Counted from the stretch's first letter, positions 47,946 through 57,745 are shown. The stretch is 64,000 nucleotides of DNA from a virus (IMGVR_UViG_3300013099_000019); one strand, 5' to 3'. The notes: generated by a model from the sequence alone, not told the origin. A program made the numbers and translations.

Positions 47946-48830
47946 ATGAAGAAAGTAATTTGTTTGGCAGCTGTCGCTGCAATGGTAGCTTGTGGAAGTG
48001 TAGCAATGGCTGACAGTTTTACTGTAGGAGTTGCTGGTAATATTCAAGACCAGTCTCAAGTAATGGGAGGAGTAGATCTTGGAGCTAATGGAGGCATTTC
48101 TGGTATCAACCAGACTCAAGCTGGTATTGGCGGTTCTGCTGCAATGGCAGGTTCTGCTGGTGCAGAAGGACAAGTACAGGGCGAAAATACTACTGTTTCT
48201 GCCACAAATGGTTTCGCTACGCATTCTTATAATTCAACTGCCGTAACTTTTGGCGGATCAGCTGCTGTAAATGGTGGCGTCGGCGCACAAGTTGAAGCAC
48301 AGTCTGTAGATGGTGGTATTGCAACTGTTGGTGATGGTTTAGGTACAGGTTCTATTTCTGGTTCTGCAATGCAGATTGATCAGGGAGCTGCTGCAGGTGG
48401 TTTAGGTTTTGCTGGTGGCGCTTCAGGTGCTGTAGCTGATTATAATTCTGATTACACTTACACAAATACTGGCGCAACTTCTAGTATTAGTCAGGCAGGT
48501 TCTCAGAATGCTATCATGGCTACTGGTGCTGGTGGAACTAACGGTGGTGGAATTGCTGGACTAGAGGCAACTCAAGTAGGTGGAACTGCTGCTACTAATA
48601 ACGGTGTCGGAACTTCTATGGCGGGCGCTGGAGCCTCTGCCGGTTCTATTGAAACAGCTAATGCTACTGCAACAGGTGCTGGTGGGACTGCTGCTGCTGG
48701 TTCTATTGGTCAACAAACACAAACTCATAGTTATACTCAGAGTGCTTCTAACGGCGCACAGTCACAATGGGCTGCTGGCTCTGTTATGACTGGCAATGCT
48801 GTTCTTGATGGTTCTGTTGTTCTTCCTTAA
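47946..48830 (+). CDS. secreted Gly/Ala/Ser/Thr-rich low-complexity protein
   Basis: Signal peptide MKKVICLAAVAAMVACGSVAMA, then about 270 aa of G/A/S/T/Q/N-rich sequence. Local GC is clearly higher than the rest of the window. Confidence 0.55.
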   Translation: MKKVICLAAVAAMVACGSVAMADSFTVGVAGNIQDQSQVMGGVDLGANGGISGINQTQAGIGGSAAMAGSAGAEGQVQGENTTVSATNGFATHSYNSTAVTFGGSAAVNGGVGAQVEAQSVDGGIATVGDGLGTGSISGSAMQIDQGAAAGGLGFAGGASGAVADYNSDYTYTNTGATSSISQAGSQNAIMATGAGGTNGGGIAGLEATQVGGTAATNNGVGTSMAGAGASAGSIETANATATGAGGTAAAGSIGQQTQTHSYTQSASNGAQSQWAAGSVMTGNAVLDGSVVLP

Positions 48831-48862
48831 GTAAAAAGAACAATAGTTAGGTAATAATGGGT

Positions 48863-48896
48863 GGGACAAGTAATGTGTACTTGTCCCATCTATTTT
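48863..48896 (+). terminator. rho-independent terminator
   Basis: 10-bp stem gggacaagta/tacttgtccc with loop atgtg, followed by atctatttt. Confidence 0.65.
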
Positions 48897-48922
48897 ATAA
48901 GAAGTACAGTAAGGAGGTTATA

Positions 48923-49456
48923 GTGAAAAAAAATATAATATTTATCACTGTACTTGGCTTAATGTTTGTTAGTTCTAATAGTATGGGTGATGGATTCACA
49001 TCATCCGAAGTTATAAACGCACAAAGACAAAACCAAGTATCAGTACCTATTCCTGTAGGTAATAGTAATAGTATATCCATAGGAATTCAAATGCAACAAC
49101 AAGTAGGTGTAGGTGCCAGTGATGTTAATAGTGTAGTAGGTGACGGCCAAGTTCAAAATAGTACCACAAATGGTTCATCTTTAACAGCTTATGCTGGTGG
49201 AGCATCCAATGGTGGCAATTATAGATATATGAATGAACAAGCTGCTATTACAGTTGATGCTACACTAGTTCAACCAAATTCAACACAGGAAGTATCTGGC
49301 GTTGTAGGTGGAATGGGCGCAATAACACATACAAATGGTAATGCCATATCTATTGCCGGAGGTGTGCTAGAAAATAATGGTTGGAGTATGTCCAATCAAG
49401 CTAATTCACAATTAAATCCGACAGCTGTTAATATTGATGGGTTTATTACATATTAA
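48923..49456 (+). CDS. secreted Asn/Gly/Ser-rich protein (GTG start)
   Basis: AAGGAGG RBS then GTG. Signal-like VKKNIIFITVLGLMFVSS. The ATG at 48857 lies within the terminator and was rejected. Confidence 0.5.
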   Translation: MKKNIIFITVLGLMFVSSNSMGDGFTSSEVINAQRQNQVSVPIPVGNSNSISIGIQMQQQVGVGASDVNSVVGDGQVQNSTTNGSSLTAYAGGASNGGNYRYMNEQAAITVDATLVQPNSTQEVSGVVGGMGAITHTNGNAISIAGGVLENNGWSMSNQANSQLNPTAVNIDGFITY

Positions 49457-49465
49457 GGAGGTACA

Positions 49466-50278
49466 ATGTATAAATTAATAAATGTTATTTTAATAACTAT
49501 GCTTATTTTTAGTGCAGGTGTAGTATTAGCTGCTGAAGTACCTTATAATACTTATGCAAATTCTTCTGCTGACCAAGCGCAGGGACAAGCACAAGAATTA
49601 ACAAATTCGGGTAATTCTGCAGTAGTATTTGAAAATTCTTTTAATGGCTCTCAACCTATTCGTTACTTGCCTGTAACAAGTGGTGTGTCTTATCAAGGCA
49701 TGTCACCTCAAATGTTTTCTAGGCCTCAACAAGATAAAGGAGAGAATTTTGTTTCTGCTTCTAATCTTATTTCAATGATGGGAGCTTGGAATTTAAATAA
49801 TCTTGCCGATGCTGATTTTAACCTTAAAGATGTAAAAATAGATATTACTACAGTAAATCTAGCTTCAACTGAAAAAACAAGCATTAAAAGACTTGGTACT
49901 AGAGATATGAGTAGAGTTAGTTTTAGTATTCAAGGATCAGATGTTGCAAAAAAGCTCAGATCAGCTCAAAGTAATCGTAGAGTACTCGCTTTAGGTACTA
50001 TAAAAAGTGATGATGATGATATCAACTCTTTTGAACTTTTTTATGCACTAGCAAAGAAAGCAAAAGAGATTGGTGGTACTAATATTATACTTATTGGTGA
50101 AGGTGTTAAGATTGAATTAAGTTCTAGTGGTTGGGGATTAGGTCTATCTTACAATATGGCAACAGTTAATTCAGATGCTTATGGTTCAGGACAAGTAGGT
50201 GCAGGTGGTACTGGTATTTCTGGTGGTTCCGCTTCTTATTCTAAAATGCCTTACTTATCTTTTGCTATTGTAGAATAA
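49466..50278 (+). CDS. secreted protein
   Basis: Signal peptide MYKLINVILITMLIFSAGVVLAA and a Gly-rich C-terminus. Confidence 0.5.
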   Translation: MYKLINVILITMLIFSAGVVLAAEVPYNTYANSSADQAQGQAQELTNSGNSAVVFENSFNGSQPIRYLPVTSGVSYQGMSPQMFSRPQQDKGENFVSASNLISMMGAWNLNNLADADFNLKDVKIDITTVNLASTEKTSIKRLGTRDMSRVSFSIQGSDVAKKLRSAQSNRRVLALGTIKSDDDDINSFELFYALAKKAKEIGGTNIILIGEGVKIELSSSGWGLGLSYNMATVNSDAYGSGQVGAGGTGISGGSASYSKMPYLSFAIVE

Positions 50279-50356
50279 TTTAAATATGATATAGCAGATG
50301 GCATTCATACATTCAATGTTCTTGGTGTTATGTGTTATATCGTTTTAATTTTAGTA

Positions 50357-50391
50357 GGATGTTAGGTGCAAACCTTACGTCCTATTTTTTT
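50357..50391 (+). terminator. rho-independent terminator
   Basis: Hairpin aggatgt...acgtcct followed by T8. Confidence 0.65.
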
Positions 50392-50455
50392 GTCTACAAT
50401 TATCGTGGTCTAAAAGTATTTTTTGTCGCAATTTAAAAAGTAAAATCGGTGTCTT

Positions 50456-50629
50456 ATGTGTAAAAAAACAGATGTTAGAATTGAATGTATTAAGTGTGGT
50501 TATCCTTATTCTGAAGCTCGTTACCCTGACAATTTAAATAATCCTTTACCTTGTAATGCTAGTAAAGAAGTTTTATTAGCACATATTAAAAAAGTTAAAA
50601 AGGAATTTGAAGAAGATGAAAGCATGTAA
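50456..50629 (+). CDS. small zinc-ribbon protein (57 aa)
   Basis: I translated MCKKTDVRIECIKCGYPYSE...PCNAS... Confidence 0.3.
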   Translation: MCKKTDVRIECIKCGYPYSEARYPDNLNNPLPCNASKEVLLAHIKKVKKEFEEDESM

Positions 50630-50810
50630 GTACTGCCAAACCCAAGAGGTAGAGTTAAAAAGTGGATATAGTGGCAGTTGGTGTAAAAAATTTAAAGGTT
50701 ATTATGTTTTTTGTCCTTTTTGTTACGCTAGCGGTCCTATTAGGCCTAAACAAGTAGAAGCCATTCAATTATGGGATGGTGAAAAAATACTTATAAAAAA
50801 TAAATCTTGA
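50607..50810 (+). CDS. small zinc-ribbon protein
   Basis: CKYCQT...CPFCYASG. Confidence 0.4.
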   Translation: MKKMKACKYCQTQEVELKSGYSGSWCKKFKGYYVFCPFCYASGPIRPKQVEAIQLWDGEKILIKNKS

Positions 50811-50833
50811 CATATTAAAATTTATATGTCAAG
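50806..50833. promoter_or_regulatory. perfect 10-bp inverted repeat cttgacatat-N8-atatgtcaag (operator-like / hairpin) overlapping a TTGACA box
   Basis: Palindrome directly upstream of the tRNA-like gene at 50850. A similar cttgacat also precedes the tRNA-like gene at 51375. Confidence 0.45.
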
Positions 50834-50849
50834 ATATATATATATACAT

Positions 50850-50974
50850 TGCGCTGTGATGTAATTGGTAACATGGAAAATCTCACTTTTTGCTTATTCC
50901 TCTTTTAGATGGTGTAAAAAAGTGTTACTTCATATCATAAATGGCCTCTCCAGGTTCGAGTCCTGGCGGCGCAA
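50850..50974 (+). ncRNA. tRNA-like gene with ~70-nt conserved insert (insert family member 3); anticodon stem not identifiable
   Basis: Acceptor tgcgctg/cggcgca. D arm atgt-aattggta-acat. T arm ccagg-ttcgagt-cctgg. The internal region carries TGCTTATTCC and GGTGTAAAAAAGTGTTACTTCA, with helix cacttttt/aaaaagtg. Confidence 0.5.
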
Positions 50975-51004
50975 AATAAAAGTTGTACTCAAGGAGTTAA
51001 ATTT

Positions 51005-51364
51005 ATGCAACACATAAAACCTGTAAATTATTTTTATAAAGGTGGTTATACTAGCACTACTATATGTACTGCTTGTGGAAAAATACGTATTTATGTAGAT
51101 CAACACCCGGACGGCCCTTGCAACTACTGTGGAGGAAAAATAAAAAATAATTGTGCTATGTGGTGGAGTGATAAAGATAGTTGTTGGCATTCTACAGGTA
51201 CTCCTGAAAATTATAGAAAACCCCCTAAACCAAAAGAGGAAGTTGTAAAATTAAAAAGAAAAGTATCTCCAGATATTAGTATAGAAAGATTACAAATCGT
51301 AATATTTGTATTTTGTATGCTTAGCTTTATTATGTGTTTTGTATTAGGAAAAATAAGTACTTGA
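51005..51364 (+). CDS. Cys-rich protein with C-terminal membrane anchor
   Basis: CTACGK...CNYCGG zinc-ribbon; hydrophobic C-terminus. Confidence 0.45.
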   Translation: MQHIKPVNYFYKGGYTSTTICTACGKIRIYVDQHPDGPCNYCGGKIKNNCAMWWSDKDSCWHSTGTPENYRKPPKPKEEVVKLKRKVSPDISIERLQIVIFVFCMLSFIMCFVLGKIST

Positions 51365-51374
51365 CATCTTACAT

Positions 51375-51482
51375 GGTAGTATAGGCATAAAATAACTCAA
51401 TTAATGAGTTGTACGGAGAGGATAGTACCGAAACCGTAGGAGTAATGTCGTACTGATACAGGTTCGAGTCCTGTTACTACCG
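51375..51482 (+). ncRNA. atypical 108-nt tRNA-like gene
   Basis: Acceptor ggtagta/tactacc (7/7). T arm acagg-ttcgagt-cctgt. The internal 76 nt include hairpin aactca-attaa-tgagtt and helix gtacg...cgtac. There is no canonical D/anticodon layout. Confidence 0.4.
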
Positions 51483-51506
51483 AATAAAAAATTTAAGGAT
51501 TAAAAT

Positions 51507-51713
51507 ATGAATATATCTAATTGTAGATTTCAACCACAAGCAAAACCAAAAGTATATTCTTCTTTTGTTATTATGGGTCCTAGCTATAGTAGTATTGAAC
51601 CAGCAATAAAAAAATGTAAGGAACTTGTTGATTACTGTAATACTACTAAGGTACTAATAATAAAAACAGAAACTACTGTAATTACACAAGAAGACTTAAG
51701 TATAGGAGAATAA
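51507..51713 (+). CDS. hypothetical protein
   Basis: 68-aa ORF. Confidence 0.35.
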   Translation: MNISNCRFQPQAKPKVYSSFVIMGPSYSSIEPAIKKCKELVDYCNTTKVLIIKTETTVITQEDLSIGE

Positions 51714-52019
51714 ATGGAAAAAAGAGACGGTGGTACAATAAAAAATTGGCAAGTACATAACTTATCTTTTACTAAAAAACAGCTTGAAGCTGTATATCCT
51801 GGAATGAATCTTAAACCACAAGTAGTTACTGGAACAGTAGTACATGATCCAGCAGGTAGATGGGAACCTGGACACCATATGCGTAGTTCTTTAATTGTAC
51901 AAATAGATAGGAAAAATAAAATACTAGAGACTAAAAATACTATCTATAAACTTGCAGGCAAAGAAGGTACAGATATGTTTAAAGATTCTGGTGATGCTGT
52001 TTTAAAATTATTTTATTAA
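51714..52019 (+). CDS. hypothetical protein
   Basis: 101-aa ORF. Confidence 0.4.
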   Translation: MEKRDGGTIKNWQVHNLSFTKKQLEAVYPGMNLKPQVVTGTVVHDPAGRWEPGHHMRSSLIVQIDRKNKILETKNTIYKLAGKEGTDMFKDSGDAVLKLFY

Positions 52020-52078
52020 TATGAATAGATTAGAAGATCAATGCAATATGATCCTGATAATAATATTATAGAAGTACA

Positions 52079-52372
52079 ATGAAAAATATAATTAAAAAAA
52101 TTAAAGAAGAGGTTATTTCTTGTATTAAACACACTGTAAAGAATACTTGTGAACCTCACCTTGAAAAAGACTGTTGGTTTGAATTAGTAACAATAGAACT
52201 TGGCAGTATAGACATAAATTTTTGGTCAGAGGATGGTATTACTTACCACATAAACTTGTATGATATAAAATTTGAACAAGGTCATGAGGTAACAAATTTA
52301 AAACCCTGTCTAACTATTTTTTCCGGAAAAAAAGATACTCTTGAAAAGTGGATGCAAGAAGACTACAGTTAA
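52079..52372 (+). CDS. hypothetical protein
   Basis: 97-aa ORF. Confidence 0.4.
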   Translation: MKNIIKKIKEEVISCIKHTVKNTCEPHLEKDCWFELVTIELGSIDINFWSEDGITYHINLYDIKFEQGHEVTNLKPCLTIFSGKKDTLEKWMQEDYS

Positions 52373-52381
52373 GGTGTAAAA

Positions 52382-52582
52382 ATGCAAAATTTTAAAAATG
52401 ATTTTAAGGTAAAAGAAGATTCAAATTGTAATAAGGAAGATACTTGTAAACACGAACCAGACTGGACAACTCTAGTAGTAAATTATGATAAAGGTATTAT
52501 TTATGTAGATGTAAATTGTATTAATTGTGGAACAAATGGTTGTGTAACTATGGTGTCTGATCCAGTAAATATTTCTTGGTAA
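52382..52582 (+). CDS. Cys-rich small protein
   Basis: 66-aa ORF with CINCGTNGC. Confidence 0.35.
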   Translation: MQNFKNDFKVKEDSNCNKEDTCKHEPDWTTLVVNYDKGIIYVDVNCINCGTNGCVTMVSDPVNISW

Positions 52583-52588
52583 TACTTT

Positions 52589-52936
52589 ATGAATAAAGAA
52601 GATATAGTATACAGATTAAGAAAAAGATCTGAGATACGCAAACAAATTAAAACACGTAAAAGTGTACAAGATGGTCAGCCAGACAGGCTTTGTGAGTTAT
52701 TAGAAGAAGCTGCTAATAAAATTATTGAATTAAAACATGAAACTAATACTATAAGTATAGATGTAGAAAAGGTAGCCCTAATGATGGTAGATACCTACGG
52801 GTATAATCCAAAAAGTGATGACTTTGAAGGATACACCTATGCACTAGTAGATGCATTAGAAAAGTTATACACACTTGAAACAGCAGTAACTAAACAATTA
52901 AAAGAAGGTATTCAAATTACAACATTAAAAAAGTAG
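52589..52936 (+). CDS. hypothetical protein
   Basis: 115-aa ORF. Confidence 0.4.
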   Translation: MNKEDIVYRLRKRSEIRKQIKTRKSVQDGQPDRLCELLEEAANKIIELKHETNTISIDVEKVALMMVDTYGYNPKSDDFEGYTYALVDALEKLYTLETAVTKQLKEGIQITTLKK

Positions 52937-52961
52937 TTTACACTTTATAATAAGGAGGGCT

Positions 52962-53261
52962 ATGATAGCGTACAAATTAATAAAGGAGAGAAAAGATGGT
53001 ACTTTAGGTCCTCTTTTTATAAATGCTAGACTTAGGGTGCCATATAACCAATGGATGCCTGCTGAACTTCATCCTAAAAAAGGTTATAAAATAAGAAAAG
53101 GTTGGCACTGTACTGCTAAGCCTGTAGCACCCCACTTAAGTATGAAAGGTAGAATTTGGATTAAAGTAGAAATTAAAGACTATATTGAACTTAAAAGACC
53201 TGAACATCAAGGCGGTCTATGGTACCTTGCCCAAGAAATGAAAGTTTTGGAGAAAATATAA
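52962..53261 (+). CDS. hypothetical protein
   Basis: 99-aa ORF with a GGAGGG RBS. Confidence 0.4.
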   Translation: MIAYKLIKERKDGTLGPLFINARLRVPYNQWMPAELHPKKGYKIRKGWHCTAKPVAPHLSMKGRIWIKVEIKDYIELKRPEHQGGLWYLAQEMKVLEKI

Positions 53262-53636
53262 ATGAAACAAGCAATTAACAATACATACACACTGTTATCT
53301 ACTATACTTGCAGCTTTTCTGTTTATATATGTTTGTATATTTATTTTATATTATGTAAAATCTTCAGTAATATTTATAGATTTTGATACTACACCTAAAA
53401 TATTTGCTGAATTTAAATATATTATTCCTATTTTTATATTAACTATTTCAAATACTTTATACTTAGGTAAATGTGCAGCTATAGATAATTTAAAAACTTT
53501 AAACTATAATTATATAAAAGCAATTGACGCAAAAAAACAAGAGTTAATTCGTTATATAGAATTATCAAGGATACTATCTAAAAAGAATACTGAAGACTTA
53601 ATACAAAATTTTATAAAAGATTTAGATAAGGGTTAA
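53262..53636 (+). CDS. hypothetical membrane protein
   Basis: Two hydrophobic segments. Confidence 0.4.
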   Translation: MKQAINNTYTLLSTILAAFLFIYVCIFILYYVKSSVIFIDFDTTPKIFAEFKYIIPIFILTISNTLYLGKCAAIDNLKTLNYNYIKAIDAKKQELIRYIELSRILSKKNTEDLIQNFIKDLDKG

Positions 53637-53638
53637 AT

Positions 53639-53947
53639 ATGTCTGCAAGAATGATATGGAGTTGTTTGCCTGAAGGTGTTGATCCTGATTGGAAAAAATT
53701 TGAATCTTTAGAAGTAGCAACATGTCAGCGAGAAAAAGAAGGTAACAATATTTTCTGGCAAAGAATTAAACAATTAGAAGCAGGAAAAGAAGTTATCCAT
53801 ACTATCTATGGACGGTATAAAAGAAATTTTGGTGGAGAAGTAATAGCTTTACATGATACAGAAACAGTTAAAGACTGCTTACGTAGAGTGGGAATTATTA
53901 TACGTAAAAATAAAAATCTTAAGTTTTATAACCACTTGATCTATTAA
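53639..53947 (+). CDS. hypothetical protein
   Basis: 102-aa ORF. Confidence 0.4.
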   Translation: MSARMIWSCLPEGVDPDWKKFESLEVATCQREKEGNNIFWQRIKQLEAGKEVIHTIYGRYKRNFGGEVIALHDTETVKDCLRRVGIIIRKNKNLKFYNHLIY

Positions 53948-53958
53948 AGGAGAATTAA

Positions 53959-55194
53959 ATGGGCTGTTTTAATGTAGCATGTTCTATTAGTAATTTAAGT
54001 ATAAGTCATAGAGAAGATGTAGTTTTTATCCCTCTTACCCCTCCTGTAAATAAGCATTTAGGTTTTGAAAATAGGATTATAACAGATTTACCTGGCTCAA
54101 ATGCTTCTATGCTTATCTATACTAATTGTTTTTATGATCCTTTTTGTCTGCCTATTTTTGGTGAATACAATGATTACGGATCACTTGAAAACATCAAAGA
54201 GGACGCTAATACAAAAGCTATAGAAAAATTTACTGGCTTAGAGGTAGAAGATTTCTTGAACATTGTAACTGAATCAAGGGGTGTTAATGATTACTTTAGT
54301 AATTTATTTAAACATTTTGCTTTAGAAAAAAAATCATTATCAAATACAAAAATTGAATTTGGTGCTATATTTCTTGAAAAAATTGGTTTTGAAGCTTTAG
54401 CTACAAAAAATTGGTATGATTATAAGTATAAAAATATTGATTGTTTGTTGCATGTTGAACGAACAGATGAAAATTGTGTATATTCTTTTGTATCTTCTAC
54501 CGGAAAAACTTTTTCTAATAACGCAGCAACTTACTCAGGTAAAGGACAATTTTTAAATGACTTTTTTAAATTTACAGGCTACCATCCTAATGTTGCAAAT
54601 AATAAGCAACAAATAGTTAATATTCTTAATAGTATGGCTGGTATGTTCATAAATAAAAAGGTTTATACTGCTATGATTCAAGTAGATCCTATAAGAATAT
54701 TTAATACTAATAGATATTTTAAAAATCTTACCAAAAATTTTAAAACTGCCCAAGAAAAAATTAAAAAAATAAAAGATAAAGAAGCTAATAACGAGTATTG
54801 TTTTATTAGTACTTATGATCTTAGAAATGAATTATTTGATGGCTACTTCAGAGATTGTTTCTTTTTTATGGATATTTACGAAGATGCCATTCTAAATGGT
54901 AGTATAGAACAACATATTAGTGACTTTCTAAAATTTAAAGTTATAATGATGTCTTCAAACCATTTCTTTTTTCCAGCCATGAACGGTGAGCAACATGGAA
55001 ATATAGAAGCTTCTAAAGTAGTAAGTGATATTACTTCTAAGATTATATATAAAAAAGTTCACACCTGTTCAGAATGTGAAGAATTTGCACAGACAGGTAC
55101 TGAGGTTAAAAATGAACACATGATTGGTAAAGATAAATACATATATACAAGTTATATTTGTGATAAATGTATTAAGTTTGACTATGGGCATTAA
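53959..55194 (+). CDS. hypothetical protein with C-terminal zinc-ribbon
   Basis: 411 aa; CSECEE...CDKC near the end. Confidence 0.5.
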   Translation: MGCFNVACSISNLSISHREDVVFIPLTPPVNKHLGFENRIITDLPGSNASMLIYTNCFYDPFCLPIFGEYNDYGSLENIKEDANTKAIEKFTGLEVEDFLNIVTESRGVNDYFSNLFKHFALEKKSLSNTKIEFGAIFLEKIGFEALATKNWYDYKYKNIDCLLHVERTDENCVYSFVSSTGKTFSNNAATYSGKGQFLNDFFKFTGYHPNVANNKQQIVNILNSMAGMFINKKVYTAMIQVDPIRIFNTNRYFKNLTKNFKTAQEKIKKIKDKEANNEYCFISTYDLRNELFDGYFRDCFFFMDIYEDAILNGSIEQHISDFLKFKVIMMSSNHFFFPAMNGEQHGNIEASKVVSDITSKIIYKKVHTCSECEEFAQTGTEVKNEHMIGKDKYIYTSYICDKCIKFDYGH

Positions 55195-55290
55195 AATAAA
55201 TTGTATCTATAATGATATGGGTACCTGGTGTACTAATAAAAATATTAAAACAGATTTACATGTAATAACATTAAATAAGGAGAATTAAAT

Positions 55291-56619
55291 ATGGAATTTT
55301 TTTCAGCAACAATGATTAGTATTGCAGTAGTCAGTATTGCAGTAGCACTTTGTATAACAATTTTAATAGCATCATTTATTTTTAGAGTAGTCGTTCCTAC
55401 TAATAAAGTACATACTGTACAATCAAAAAAGAAAACTACTTCTTACGGTAAAGGTTTAGATTATGGAAATGTATATTATCGTTGGCCTTCTTGGGTACCT
55501 ATTGTAGGTATTACCCGTATTATTATGCCTACGTCAATTTTTGATATTAATCTCAATGATTATAGTGCGTATGATCAGGACAGACTACCTTTTGTTGTAG
55601 ATGTAATGGGATTTTTTCAAGTAGATACTCCTGAAGTAGCAGCACAAAGAGTAGACAATTTTGAAGAGCTTTATAAGCAGCTTGAAAATATTTTAAAAGG
55701 TGCTATTAGAACTATCCTTGCTAACTCCCCACTTGAAAATATTTTGGGCAATCGTGGAGAATTTGGTGAATCTTTTACAGCAGAAGTTGAAGGGCAACTT
55801 TCAGCTTGGGGTGTCAAATCTGTTAAGAATATTGAACTTATGGATATTAGAGACGCTAGAGAGTCAAATGTTATTGACAATATTATGGCCAAAAAGAAAT
55901 CTGAAATTGAACGTGAAAGTCGTATTGAAGTAGCAAACAATCATAAAGAAGCAGAAATGGCTGAGATTGATGCTAAAAAAGAAGCAGATGTACGAAAACA
56001 AGAGGCCTTAAAAATTGTAGGAGAAAAGGCTGCTGAAAAAGAAAAAGCTGTAGGTATTGCTCAAGAAATTGCAGAACAAGAAATTAAAACACAGTCTAAG
56101 ATTACTGCAGAAAAAGACATGGCTGTTCTTAAAGTAGAACAAGAAAAACAGGCAGATATTGATAAGAATGTTGCTATTATCAATGCTGAAAAAGACAAAG
56201 AAGCTAAACGTCTTTCTGCTGAAGCTGATCTTATCCAACAAGAAAAAGAAGCTGAAGGTATCTTTGCTATAGGTAAGTCAGAGGCTGAAGCAGAAAAACT
56301 TATGCTTATGGCACCTGTAGAGGCACAGATTACTCTTGCACAAGAGATTGGTAGTAATGAAGGTTACATGGATTACTTACTTGGAACAGAAGGTATTAAA
56401 GCTGGACAGATAGTAGGTGAAGCTAAAGCAGAAGCTATGGCTACAGCAGACCTGAAAATTATTACTAATGCTGGCACTACTGAAGGTGGTATTAACAAAA
56501 TGATGGATGTGTTTTCAGCTAAAGGCGGTACAGAGCTAGGAAGCATGCTTGAAACACTAAGCCAAACTCCAGTGGGTAAGGCTGTTATGGAAAAATTGGT
56601 AGGTAAAAATATAAAATAA
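55291..56619 (+). CDS. SPFH/band-7 (flotillin/YqiK-like) membrane protein
   Basis: N-terminal TM helix. SPFH core (FVVDVMGFFQVDTPEVAAQRVDNFEELYKQLENILKGAIRTILANSPLENILGNRGEF...WGVKSVKNIELMDI). Long Glu/Ala/Lys coiled-coil tail. Confidence 0.6.
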   Translation: MEFFSATMISIAVVSIAVALCITILIASFIFRVVVPTNKVHTVQSKKKTTSYGKGLDYGNVYYRWPSWVPIVGITRIIMPTSIFDINLNDYSAYDQDRLPFVVDVMGFFQVDTPEVAAQRVDNFEELYKQLENILKGAIRTILANSPLENILGNRGEFGESFTAEVEGQLSAWGVKSVKNIELMDIRDARESNVIDNIMAKKKSEIERESRIEVANNHKEAEMAEIDAKKEADVRKQEALKIVGEKAAEKEKAVGIAQEIAEQEIKTQSKITAEKDMAVLKVEQEKQADIDKNVAIINAEKDKEAKRLSAEADLIQQEKEAEGIFAIGKSEAEAEKLMLMAPVEAQITLAQEIGSNEGYMDYLLGTEGIKAGQIVGEAKAEAMATADLKIITNAGTTEGGINKMMDVFSAKGGTELGSMLETLSQTPVGKAVMEKLVGKNIK

Positions 56620-56698
56620 CTTTTTACCTAGTAGCCTAGTAGTATAAGTACTACTAGGCTATCATGGTCAAAAGATATTTTTGAGAGGGATTTAAAAA

Positions 56699-57286
56699 AT
56701 GAATGTTGAACAAACTATTATACACAGTATTTTAGACCATCCACAACTTTATAAAGATACAAATTATAAATACTCAAAAGAAAAAGTACTTAATCATTTA
56801 TTTTTTACTAATGGTAATGGTTATGAGTGGGAAAACGGAGAACTTGTATGTCTTACAGAAGATATAGAAGGCATTGATAAAAAAATACCTGAAGATTACT
56901 TTAATATTCCTATAATGTCTGAAGAAAAAGATGAAACCAAATTTATGCGTGATTGGAGAATTGAAGATGGAGAACCGTTTACTCCTTATGAAATAAAATC
57001 TAACACAGCAGAACATCTTTATCCTATATGTGAATACGCTAAAATAATGAATCTTCCTAGTAATATTAAAAAAGATTGGTTGACATTAGCAGAAGAAGTT
57101 GTTACGATGGGTTTTGAATATTGGCATAACCCTTATAAACATGCTAATGATACTTACATTAGGGAATGGGTACAAAAAAGAAGATACGAGTCCATAAATA
57201 AATATACTGTGGAGCAACTTGGTTACCTAACTGGTGCTAAAAAAAGAATAAAACAACTTAAGGAGAAGTTGCATGAAACAGTATAA
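56699..57286 (+). CDS. hypothetical protein
   Basis: 195-aa ORF. Confidence 0.45.
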   Translation: MNVEQTIIHSILDHPQLYKDTNYKYSKEKVLNHLFFTNGNGYEWENGELVCLTEDIEGIDKKIPEDYFNIPIMSEEKDETKFMRDWRIEDGEPFTPYEIKSNTAEHLYPICEYAKIMNLPSNIKKDWLTLAEEVVTMGFEYWHNPYKHANDTYIREWVQKRRYESINKYTVEQLGYLTGAKKRIKQLKEKLHETV

Positions 57287-57650
57287 AGTATATGAAAAAT
57301 CTCAAAATCAATATGAAGCAGTTAAACAGGGCTTTTCTTGGCCTGGATTTTTCTTCTCGTTTTGGTGGTGCTTATTTAAGAAACTCTGGGTAATAGCTGT
57401 AATACTTGTAGGAAGTCTCCTTTGTTTAGGAATACTAGTAAATATAGTTGGATTAAATGCTACAGCTTCTAGTGCCGTAATTAATTTAGCTAGTGTAGGT
57501 ATTTCTTTTTATTTTGGATTTAAAGGTAATGAATTAAGAACTGATGATATTTATAACCGTGGAGGTAAGTTACTTACTACTATAACAGCCTCTAACCCTA
57601 GAAGTGCCATAACACTTGCTCTAATAAGAAAACATAGTAGTATAGTTTAA
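57273..57650 (+). CDS. small two-TM membrane protein
   Basis: GFSWPGFFFSFWWCLFKKLWVIAVILVG... has two hydrophobic helices. Confidence 0.45.
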   Translation: MKQYKVYEKSQNQYEAVKQGFSWPGFFFSFWWCLFKKLWVIAVILVGSLLCLGILVNIVGLNATASSAVINLASVGISFYFGFKGNELRTDDIYNRGGKLLTTITASNPRSAITLALIRKHSSIV

Positions 57651-57745
57651 TATGTATTACATACTTATAATTATTGCAACAATTATAGCAGTATATTTTA
57701 TAATATATAAATTGATTCCTTATTTATTTTATTTAATGTATACAA

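Noticed and set aside
48857-48922. The ATG start at 48857 for the secreted-protein ORF.
   Set aside because: Residues 1-22 would be translated from the 10-bp terminator hairpin. A GTG with a perfect AAGGAGG RBS at 48923 begins a typical signal peptide.
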